DNA of 64,000 bases from Ylistrum balloti. Lineage: Eukaryota. The notes under the pieces are model-generated. The model made no database searches and was not told where the DNA came from. It saw only the letters and a program-made list of their open reading frames with translations. The position numbers and the translations under genes were made by a program. Below are positions 40,829 to 51,786 of the stretch, one piece after another (within the stretch, counting starts at the first letter, position 1; every line of letters starts with the position of its first letter). The stretch is from the NCBI RefSeq assembly GCF_031769215.1, contig NW_026781981.1, positions 1,612,001 through 1,676,000 of the forward strand. The letters run 5' to 3'.

Positions 40829-43800
40829 TGTATTTAGACTGCAGAGCATACTTTACTTTATATATGCTTTTGCTGTTCTGAGAAAATCATTTGTTGTTTT
40901 GGCTTCCCATTCCCTCATCTACCGGCCAATTCTGAAAACCATGTACTGTATGTATCTGGTCATTAGACAGTCATTATTGTATGTAGGGTTGGCAGGTTAA
41001 GTTAGAATGTAGACATGACTGGATGAAAATATGTTCACAAGACTAAAAGGTGAAACCTCTCTAACACTATTTACATGTGTATTACATGTATTACATTTAA
41101 CTTGGTACATTTCATAGTTGTGTGTGAATATTAAAGAAATGCTGTCAACTTTATGATAGAATGGATGTAATATGTGTGAAGTTATTGAGACAGAGTTTAC
41201 ATGATCAGGATAACTCTTCCAACCATGTATGGATGAGTCTGCCTTTCCTACTCAAGTTTCCAAGCTTTAATTAGTCTGGATAACAATAGAATATTATAAT
41301 CCCTCGAGAGTGATCTAAACTAAGGGGGAAATATTCTTAAATTGGCTAACACAATGTTTGCAAATAGATGACAACTTTATAATCTTTCCCAAATGGTTTA
41401 GATTACTTCATACAACTCTGATGAGGATAAAATTATTATTTTACTCTGATTACTGTTCTGGGTTTCATACATGGAATTTTGCTGTATCAATGCTTAGCAT
41501 GGTCAACACGATGTCATTGTTTTGTTGCTGTGATGTCATACTATTGTTATGACATGGGAATCCCCCCAATCTCCCCAGGGGTATGACAAAGAAATCTTAC
41601 CCCAGTAGAAGTGTGGATGTATATGTCCAGGTTAAGAGAAATCTCAGTCATGCCCTGTTTTATTACACAAGTTCCATTATAGACAGATATCTAGACGGTG
41701 TGATGTGTAGTGTAAGAATACCCATCGTGTGCCCCACTGATGAAATGATACATTTTTTCTGTCTAGGAAGGACTTTGAAGTCTGTATGCCATGGAATCTC
41801 TATGTATGGTGTAAGTGATTGTACAGACATTAGTGAAAAAGTATGATCTAATCTTTTGTTGATGTTTTTAAAGCATTTCAACATTGTTTCAAGTTAAAAC
41901 AATTTTTTTCCGTTAAAAAGTCAAATGCCTGGCTTGTATTTTTCTTCTGTGGTGCTTGTTTATTTGTTATCATTGCATATGAATGATAAAATTTGGAAAA
42001 AAATTGTTTTCTGAAATCCCAGGTTTGATTTTGTATCATGAAATATAGATGTTGGGATCCAACAACTTTTATCATTCAACTAAGCTGCTTTGGGCTACAA
42101 TTATTCATTTAAAGGCAAATTCTGACACATCGTTTGGATGAAGAGACAGTTTCTAAGATGGCCATAACCTATTAGACTTACTCAGCGGTTTTCTACTGTA
42201 TAAATATCCACAGATGGTTTGAACCCATAAATTAATTGCCTGTCCCATATGTTTTGAATAAACCTGTAATTTGTCCTCGTACCATGAAAAATTATTTGCT
42301 ATAGGACATTAAAGGTGTGATATTGGAGGATTTGATACAAATTTGGTATAAATGAAATGCAGTGTTGTTTGTATGTACAGCAAGCGTATCTTTTCCTTAG
42401 ATGTATCATTACAGAAATGGAAAAAGCAATAGTTGACTTTACTTTCTACTTCAGTTTGAAATCAATGCCGGATTGTGCATTTTGTAGCAGAGAGTGATCT
42501 GTATAACAATTATTGAATTTTTTTGGGGGGAAGGGAATAATACTTTTTATCCAGCAATAGGAAACATCTGAGTTGTGATCATGAGAAAGAATAGAATTTT
42601 TTTATTTCTGTTTATCAATTTTCACTACTGTATTGTTACAATATATTTGTGTATAGAATGTAATTATCAGATATATTTATTAATTTTCTTTTGATTCACA
42701 TATATCCAATCATACTATCAATTAATTCTGTCATATTGAACTATGCTTAATGCTAATTTATGAACAGTGTATAAAAATCAGAAAGGAGAAATTTATTGTT
42801 GATGCTGCTGGGGATGCAGTACTAATAAAATATGTAATATGTTTTACAGTTGTGAAGTGTAGTGATATCACTGCTACATCATATTCCAGTGACCATAGTT
42901 GTTAATAGGATGTAAAGAAAGAATCAACTTAACTAAACTATCCCTTTCTCATGGAAGTTTCCAATATTGCTTCTTCAAAACCAAACTACAGAATTATCAC
43001 AATTGTAGGTGATAAAATTATATCAAACAGGTCTCGACTTGTAAAATCAAGAATGCTAGTGAAGAAATTTATTTTTACAAAGCCTTAATCATTCCTTTTT
43101 CTTTCTATTTGGATAGTCTTTATGTTATGTGTTCCAAAATTTCTACCTCGAACAATTTCCTGTTCTGAAGACAAAGTTAAGGAATATACATGTATAGCAA
43201 CAAATCACCATGATTTAGTGGTGTGATGATTTCTGTTACAATTAATGGTCAATGTTTCCATCAACTCAGTATAGTTTAACACTTATCTGATACCTTATTA
43301 TAGTACTGTTATGTATCGGCTTAACATTTGTATAGGATATGTTATAGAATTTGCAGTTATTGACTTAAACACGGAACTTATACAAGCATATTTGGATTAG
43401 CTTTTTGGAAGGGCTGATGAGAGAAGCATTCCTGATTTCCAGATATCAAAATATAACACATGGTCGGTAATATCCATGGAGACAACAAAAAAACTTGATA
43501 CGATTCAAATCAGCTCTGTTTACAAAGTCTATACTGGTTTTACTCATATTGAGATTCTTTCACTTACTGAGTTACAGAGGAACATTTGCCTAAGATTGTT
43601 TTTCATGATTTTCCATTAAGCTGTCAATATTTCACCCAGTGTTAAAAGCACCCTAAATACACCAAAAGTCCCATATATTCCAACTTTATCATCCAACATG
43701 TAGCCAACCATTTATTGATGTTTGCCCTGTTTTTAACAGCATCAAAATTTCTAAGTATACAGTAATTTGGAACGTTTTACCCGGGAATATACCAGTAAAA

Positions 43801-43840
43801 CACCTACCCCTGCCCCCACCCTCTCCCAGAACTACAGGTT

Positions 43841-43978
43841 CTGTTTAGGGCTATTCCAGTAAAACACCTATCTCACCCACCTGGACTTCATGTTCTGTTT
43901 AGGGCTATTCCAGTAAAACACCTATCTCACCCACCTGGACTTCATGTTCTGTTTAGGGCTATTCCAGTAAAACACCTA
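43841..43978. repeat. 54-bp tandem repeat, about 2.6 copies
   Basis: CTGTTTAGGGCTATTCCAGTAAAACACCTA starts at 43841, 43895 and 43949. Confidence 0.9.
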
Positions 43979-43980
43979 TT

Positions 43981-44115
43981 GAAACTAGAGAATTGATAGT
44001 GCATAACATTTTACACAAAGACTTGTCGCTAGTTGTTCGAAAGGCTTCTCATGCAAGACAAAGTCCTTGATTATGACTTGTTTCAAGCCACTGTAGGAAG
44101 CTGACCCACATTTAC
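43981..44115. repeat. Dispersed duplicate, copy 1 (the paralogue is at about 46640-46775)
   Basis: GAAACTAGAGAA..GATAGTGCATAACATT...CTTCTCATGCAAGACAAAGTCCTTGATTATG...GCTGACCCA is shared by both copies. Confidence 0.85.
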
Positions 44116-45149
44116 TTTATTGTAATGTATTTCAAGCAATGATGATAAAAACAGTAATGAGAGTTGTTAGGTATTGTAAGAATGTTTGACCTGATAAGCT
44201 TGTGTGATAACCCATTGAATCAGTTGTTTTAATGAAATAATCTTCAGTTCTCCTTCGAAAGCTTTAGTTGATTAAGGACTGTGTACAATTCGGAAATGTG
44301 CAGCATTGATATCTCTTGATTAAAGGAAAAGAAAAAATGATTCTGTGTAACATGAATGTATATGTAGGATATAACTGGCTTTTCCTGACTACTTTCTATT
44401 CTTCTTAAAGATTTACCAAAAGAATAGCACACCAAATATCTAAAGCATGTCAATAGGGACACATTGTTGTTTTTGCTGCAGTTGATAGCAAATATTCTTG
44501 GATTGGGTTGTTTCGGATTGAATATGCAGAATTGTATGGTCATCGAGTTGTTGATATGACTGATTGAAATAAAAGTGATTGAAATACACCGGGATTTTTT
44601 TTATATTGAATCAGCTCAAGAATATGAAGTGAATTGATCCACTACCATGCGATAAAATTTAGACTGGAAGGGAAAAACACTGGACTAAATGTCTTTCGTT
44701 TTTACTTGTAGATATATTGGTGATGCCCTGTCTTGAAATAACTAGAAATATATAGTTCATTGTATATACCCGTCTGAACTGAAAGTCGAAGACGAGACGT
44801 GTAACCATATATGCCTGCAAATGCACCAGCTGATTATTTCGATCTTTAACTTCAGCGAAACCATTATTTCTGGACAGTGACCCACTACTTCCACAATATA
44901 TATAGTTTACATGGGGCTGGATTCAAATGTCACAATTTCCATGATAGGATGTCAGTGGCAAACAAGGATTTAAGATATTTTGATATATACTATAACACAC
45001 TAAATAATATACCCAGTCTCGCAAAGAGCGAGATTCTTCTGAGACCGAAGAAGTAGAAATTTTGGCGTTGCAGCCGGTGCTACGAATCATTGGCGGAAAA
45101 ATATTAACAGCAATAAAAGGTCGGGAAATTGTGCAAAATTGTCCGAATT

Positions 45150-46540
45150 CTGTTTATTTAAATTAAATGATGTTGCTACAATATGCCATCGATCTTGTTA
45201 ATTGTTAATTTTAAATTTCTTTGTCGTATCATTCAAACTGCATGACGCCCACATATGCAGTATCTGTATCAACACTGTGGATATAATAAAGAAATGCTGA
45301 AAAGTTCTACAAAAAAATCACGTCACATGTACGACAAGCAGCTTGGTCTTCTCTTAATGGAAATGGTAGGGTAAACACATGCATGCCCTGTTCGGAGCCG
45401 AGAATGGACAACTTCTTCACTACGGTTTGTTGGGTCAGGAAGGGATGTTCTTGCAGTTTCTTGCATTTTGAGTAGTTGGTTACTAGTCTATTGAAACCAT
45501 CGTTGCTGTCAACTATCTTTGTATACAGCCTTTATGGAGAGTTTAAGATCAGTATATGGTAATTCATGTAGTCTGTAAGAGATTTAGGGCGTTTTTCTAC
45601 TGTATACAGCCTATATGGTTGGTTTAAGATCAGTATATGGCTGTTTATGTAGTCTGTCACAGATTTAGGGCGTTTTTGACTGTATACAGCCTTTATGGAG
45701 AGTTTAAGATCAGTATATGGTAATTAATGTAGTCTGTAACAGATTTAGGGCGTTTTTGACTGTATACAGCCTATATGTGTAGTAATTTATGGTCTGTAAC
45801 AGAGGGCGTTTTTGACTGTATACAGCCTATATGGAGGGTTTAAGATCAGTGTATGGTAATTTATGTAGTCTGTAACAGATTTAGGGCGTTTTTAACTGTA
45901 TACAGCCTTTATGGAGGGTTTAAGATCAGTATATGGTTGTTTATGTAGTCTGTCACAGATTTAGGGCGTTTTTGACTGTATACAGCCTATATGGTTGGTT
46001 TAAGATCAGTATATGGTTGTTTATGTAGTCTGTCACAGATTTAGGGCGTTTTTGACTGTATACAGCCTATATGGTTGGTTTAACATCAGTATATGGTAGC
46101 TTATGTAGTCTGTAACAGATTTAGGGCGTTTTCGACTGTCCTGTTAGCTTTCCCACTACTAGCGTTTTCAACGGTATCCTGGAATTCACAGAAATATTAT
46201 CAGTCTCTTGAAATTTGACCTAGACATGTTTTGAAGTCATGTGTAACTTAAGACATTTTTGAACAGTGAGTTTAAGCTCACGATTGGTTTTTCTGAACAC
46301 TCAATCCATGACACATACTTCTGCAGAGAATATGAAAGCATCATCAGGAAGACGAACGGAATGTTTTTGATATATCATGCTACTACAACTAGTTACTCAT
46401 TCAGTGTTTATAGAACAGGTTGTGAAGGATAATGTGAGTTCAGAGATGTTTGCATTGTATGTATTTGGAAACGCAGTCGACTTGCCCAGAACATGTAATG
46501 AAAAGTCTAAGTCATAAAAACGTTTTTGGGCTCGTAAACC
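45150..46540 (-). mobile_element. Decayed 3' part of a non-LTR retrotransposon (I-clade-like, RNase H plus C-terminal Cys region), interrupted by the 80-bp array
   Basis: Minus-strand peptides occur in the expected order: YDLDFSLHVLGKSTAFPNTY, RLPDDAFIFSAE (46354-46319), KANRTVENALNL, PYTDLKPTI, *QQRW..TSNQLLK, EEVVHSRLRTGH (RLRTGH 45400-45383), REDQAACRTC. There are many stops and frameshifts; the ends are approximate. Confidence 0.75.
45520..46139. repeat. 80-bp minisatellite, about 8 copies (one internally deleted), LINE-derived
   Basis: TGTATACAGCC recurs at 45520, 45601, 45681, 45761, 45817, 45897, 45977 and 46057. Confidence 0.95.
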
Positions 46541-46639
46541 AATTACTGAAATCAGTTTTTTGCTTTGGCTAAACATATTTCTATGGTTACTTTACTTGAT
46601 CAAATCCAGTTTTTTTTGTTATTATTTGATTTCAAATTG

Positions 46640-46775
46640 AAACTAGAGAATGGATAGTGCATAACATTGTTCACAAAAGACTTGTCGATAGAGCTGTTCG
46701 AAAGCCTTCTCATGCAAGACAAAGTCCTTGATTATGTCTTGGTTCAAGCCTCTGTATGATGCTGACCCATATACA
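46640..46775. repeat. Dispersed duplicate, copy 2
   Basis: See copy 1; the orientation is the same. Confidence 0.85.
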
Positions 46776-47559
46776 ATTGAACAGTTGGATCGAAAGTGTT
46801 GGTTAAAGCCGTAAAAGTATTGACGGTTTCTTCCACAATCTGTGTGGGATATAACTTGTCAGATGTTTAATGTCTTGGTGTACTTTTTTACCACATTTAA
46901 TGCTTGGAATGAAGGTCAGATTTAAGTAAAATGTTTCCTCAAGAAAGTTAGTTTGATTGATAATTTGTATAAAGTTACAATTCAGAGTAGGGCTTGGATC
47001 ACTATGTTGCTTCCTCCTCTGACAGAGCTTCATATACACAGTTTTAAATTTTGAGAATTTAAAACTATCTATATGAGGGGAGTTTTAGTTTGTTCCGACA
47101 TTGTTACAATGGTCGTTGTGTGCATATTTCATGACCTGCAGTTGATAGAAAATCATCGACAAACAGAGATCCCTGTGTTGATTGGCTTAGGAAAAAGCTG
47201 CATCCACACACCTGTTTTCTCAAAAACACTTTAAATGTTCACATACATGTGTAATAGATGTAAAACACCTTGGCTACTTTGCTCATCATTTTTATTAAGA
47301 CTCTGATGAGAAGAAATACATTTAAATGTAACAATATCATCGCGTACACATTATACATCAACACTAAATACTCACATATGACAAACATTTTCCACAGTTT
47401 GTGTGATTAAAGAATTTATATTTTATAGTAGTATACTTATCAACGAGAAGAAAATGTTTCACAATGCTTATAGAAAATTTTGACTCCGTCAAAAAATCAT
47501 CATAGTAGCGACGACTACGATTATGCAATATGATCTCTGAATCATCTTTTTCTACTACA

Positions 47560-47885
47560 ATACTTTAGATATCTTTCTCAAATTCCACCACTGGAATTTA
47601 GCTCAAAGTTGCCAGGAATTATCCAGTTGGTCCAAATGTGGTTGCGTTTAGTTTGGTCTGAAATCTAATATGGCAACAATGGTCATCAAACTTAAAACAT
47701 AAATCAATTTTCTTCAGTTCCAAAGGTGCCATGGAGCTGAAAATTAGTGGTTATGTCGAGGAACTGAAATTCGCTTAGTTTTGTTATTTGTCACCTTTGC
47801 TGTTTAAATTTGGAATTGGTGCTTTATAGGTCTAAATAGTCAGATGATCGTTATGACCCATTGACCTGTGTTGATCTAATACTGC
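47560..47885. mobile_element. Possible decayed Helentron/HINE-like non-autonomous repeat
   Basis: It ends in TCAGATGATCGTTATGACCCATTGACCTGTGTTG, which resembles from memory the conserved terminus of mollusc Helentron-associated repeats. This was not verified by a search. Confidence 0.35.
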
Positions 47886-48105
47886 CATATGTTGTTTGCC
47901 GTATATACGATGTATTTTTAATCATCGAATCTCATGTATATACTTTGCTAATCTGTTTCATTTTATGGGAGCTTTGCTGACAAATGTTTCTAATATATAT
48001 ATGTGTAAAGCACGATGATTGAACAACAGACAACCAAATGAAAAGCGCCTTTCAATATAAATTTGTACAGTAAAACCAGATATGTAAATTAAACTCCAAT
48101 ATAAA

Positions 48106-48365
48106 ACTGTTTCGTCCATCTAGGACTCGTGAGTGATGCTACATCATACAGTTGTTTCGTCCATCTAGGACTCGTGAGTGATGCTACACCATACAGCTGT
48201 TTCGTCCTTCTAGGACTCGTGAGTGATGCTACATCATACAGTTGTTTCGTCCTTCTAGGACTGGTGAGTGATGCTACACCATACAGCTGTTTCGTCCTTC
48301 TAAGACTTATGAGTGATGCTACATCATACAGCTGTTTCGCCGTTCTAGGACTCGTCACTGATGCT
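48106..48365 (-). ncRNA. Tandem array (5 full + 1 partial, 45-bp unit) of degenerate minimal type I hammerhead ribozyme motifs
   Basis: Minus-strand unit 48230-48186 reads A GCAUCA CUCACGA GUCC-UAGAA-GGAC GAAA C-AGCU-G UA UGGUGU. This gives stem I, a CUGANGA-like core, stem II, GAAA, a 1-bp stem III with a palindromic loop, and a GUA site. Every copy has at least one core substitution. Confidence 0.75.
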
Positions 48366-49868
48366 AAAGGCCTAAATTTTTAAACCTAGACGGCGACTGA
48401 AGAAAATTCAAAGTTATTAACAAACATCTCAAAATTAAGATGGGGAAGTGCACCTGTCCCATATTTCGATAATTTCATTTATTTAGTTATAACAAAAGAC
48501 CGACAGGTACACGTGTATATTCTGAAGCATTCTATTTTTCGAACGAATTAAAATGTAGACGGATTTTAATATACCTATTCGCCTTGATTTTGACGTATCC
48601 TTGTGTATATTCGTTGTCGATTTTATCGCTAAATTTAATTATAAACACATGAAATAATAATTACCTAATATCTTTCATAGGAACATGCCCTATAGACATG
48701 TTCTAATACATAATATCTGCACAGTTACCAAAGTACGATGCCATTTATAGACAAGAATGACACCTGTAAATCTTATATCTACAAATAGATCCCCAAGGAC
48801 ATACAAAACACGCATGTCTTTAACACTACTAGGGCAAAATGAATGGTCATAATAGATTTAAAGTCAGACATTTGACGGGTTTAGATAGGATAGACTAGAC
48901 ACCAATGTAACCTTTGGCTTCTTCCATGAAGGCCTAGACAAAATAATTTACTGTTAAACATTTGCTGCGATATATACTAAAAATAGATATGTTTTATCAC
49001 ATGCTCTTTGAGTATTCAGGCGTTAGAGACTTATCTTTTGTGTGATTTGTTAATTAAGTTCTTAAAGGAAATACAATTATTTTCGAATTCATTAACTGGA
49101 CATTACATTTATATCAATTGTAATTGCCGACGTTTGCACGATGCCCATACAAACAGAGAATATTAAACAAATAAGCTGTATTGATATTAATATGGAATAC
49201 CGGGTGTTCTTTTACAAGTAGTTGGAATAAGGCGCTCTAAAGTTTGGTTAACCATGCTGTAGACTTCTTTACCGTATCGATATTTCTCTGTATTTTCCTT
49301 GTGGTCAATACAGTACTAGTGTTCCAAGGGTCGTGTATATAATTTGAAAAGCTACTTAGTTGCTTCAAAGGTACTACAGACATAGTACAAACATTTAAAT
49401 TATCACGGCCCTTTCTATTCGTAACTGATCCGAGGTGATTATACAAAAAGTTGACCGCGGGGGAGGAGTCTGTAACTAAAGAAAACAATTCAACTGACTA
49501 ATTATAATCTCAACACCGGGTTTGTGTATGACGACTGACAGGTACCTATTTAATTAATGGTCGTATGCTTTTGACAGGTACGGGGCGCACTATCCCCGTA
49601 GTGTGCATTGATCCATGTAACACCGTTGAATTATAATTAAACTATATGATTGACGTCACTGTAATATGTGTGTAAGGTTCAATACTTCGAAACCATTCAA
49701 TGACACGGTAGGTTCACTGTCTTCGTTTACCAAATATGATTTATTTATGTAGGTATATACACACCGTGTTATCCGTTACATGCCAACCTAGGACAGACTG
49801 ACAATGCATGGATCTGCATAGATAGGTCGGTACAAACATGTTCAAGACTCTTCTGCCATTGTATCACA

Positions 49869-50381
49869 ATGGCCGAACTCATAGACTTGGATATATGTTC
49901 TAGCCCTCAGGGGGAAGTTGTAAAAGTTACCAGTAATCCCCGAGCAAATCTTATGTTCTATTTACACTGTATCAGTAACGTTTTGGATTTAAGCGAACAT
50001 CCTGCCGACATAACCAAATTAAGAGATTACGAAAACTTTCATCTTCTATCCGACGATGAAGTTGATGACCTTATTATTCTTTCTGTGCAATTTTACCCAG
50101 CGATACTTATAGACAAATGTATCATATTAAATGATGCGAAATGTGGGAAATACGAAAACAGGTATGTGGATCTTCCAGATGCCCACATGGAGTACCCGGT
50201 AGTGGAGACCATGACGATTGGTGGGGTCGAGTACCAGGTTATGCGTGCTATGTACTTCACAGTAACTTTCATAGAGGAATATTACTACATGCCAATGTGT
50301 CATTTCAATGATAGACTAGACAGGCTAAAATCGGCTGCACGACGTTACAACGGCACTGACACATGTTGTGCGATCCTTTGA
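49869..50381 (+). CDS. Uncharacterised intronless 170-aa protein with a C-terminal CaaX motif (CCAIL)
   Basis: The uninterrupted 513-nt non-repetitive ORF stands out in AT-rich DNA. It has a good start context (acaATGG), globular composition, ends in C-A-I-L-stop, and has AATAAA at 50804-50809. I cannot name a function. Confidence 0.8.
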   Translation: MAELIDLDICSSPQGEVVKVTSNPRANLMFYLHCISNVLDLSEHPADITKLRDYENFHLLSDDEVDDLIILSVQFYPAILIDKCIILNDAKCGKYENRYVDLPDAHMEYPVVETMTIGGVEYQVMRAMYFTVTFIEEYYYMPMCHFNDRLDRLKSAARRYNGTDTCCAIL

Positions 50382-51652
50382 TGTCACTTCGGTAATATTT
50401 TATGTTATGCCTCAATGTGAGTTCATTAAGGTGGATCTTATTGTATTTCTTGTTATGAGCAAGTAATCGACATGGTAAAGATGTGATTTTTTTGGGGGGA
50501 TGCAAAGTAACTTAAATGACAAAATTCTACACATGTGTCTGGATAGTACCAACAAAGTCACGGAAAATTGACAGAGTAAAAAGGATGTTTAATTATAGAC
50601 TCGATTTATTTAATCTATGTTTGTAAAAGGAATTTTAGCAATCACTGAATTAAAGAAACACGACACAGAGGAACTTTAATGTCAACATTAACACTTTAAA
50701 CAGAATCAACATTTCCATGTGGACATTTAAAAATGTTTAGTGGCCAAGAACCAACAGCAGTAAATAACAGTGGTGTGTGGAAACCATGCTACCATACATG
50801 CTTAATAAACAAGTGGCAACCATTTCCAATAGGGCCGGATCTGACAACGTAGTAACATGGAGTCAATCTCTTAGATACATGTAATATCATATGTTGTTGT
50901 TCGTAATTGTTTTTTGTATTTTGAATTTGTTGCTAATTCACACTGCTTGTATTTATGTATTGTTAATTACCTGTATATGTCTTTGTCTGCAGTGACAGGA
51001 TAGTAAATGTACCCATAACCTTGTGATAGTTACGACAGAAATACCTCATCATAATTTATAGTAGCGGTTGTTTACTGGTAGATGTTGTATAGAATTAAAT
51101 ATCTCCACTTAGCCGTATTGATGTAATACTGATATTACTGATTCTATTGTTTTCTCTTTGTGTATTTATGCTGTCATGCTTCGTTACGACAAATACCTGG
51201 TATTGAGCATTAGATTCTGGTAATTGAAATTTTATCAGTATTATATCATGCAGTTTATAGAAATCATCATAATACATTTCACATTAACAGCTTTGCCAAG
51301 AGCTTATCTACCAATATACAATATCAAGTAATTCAAGGAAAAAATCAATTGATCGAATAAGGATATAGCCATGCGTATTTTACTGGTGACAAAGACATTT
51401 TTTTAAAATAATTGTTAATAAAAGGTCATTGAAACATCCTGTTTGTATATACGTTATAGCAGTATTCACTTATCTATTTGATTTTACATGCTGCATTATA
51501 AATGCTTCCTTAATCTCCACTAGTTTCAACTACATAAATTCATCCTTTCTGTAATTTGTTTAAAATAGAAAAGGGATTTTGGAAATTAATTGCATATCGA
51601 ACATTCAGCATTATATAACTCGTTATTAAATGTGTTGATCGTCATCACAACA

Positions 51653-51786
51653 AACGATTTAAAAAGCATTAGGGTTATGGCCATTGGAATGTAATGTTAC
51701 AGTTCTCTTCTTATCGTCAACGATTTAAAAAGCATTAGGGTTATGGCCATTGGAATGTAATGTTACAGTTCTCTTCTTATCGTCAA
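51653..51786. repeat. Perfect 66-bp tandem duplication
   Basis: AACGATTTAAAAAGCATTAGGG...TTATCGTCA occurs at 51653 and 51719. Confidence 0.9.

Noticed and set aside
40826-40840. Selenocysteine or readthrough at the CRAT TGA
   Set aside because: The TGA directly follows a canonical SKL, another stop follows two codons later, and there is no readthrough context.
48089-48383. 89-aa and 84-aa repetitive ORFs
   Set aside because: The 45-bp period is divisible by 3, and the RNA-structure reading explains the sequence much better.
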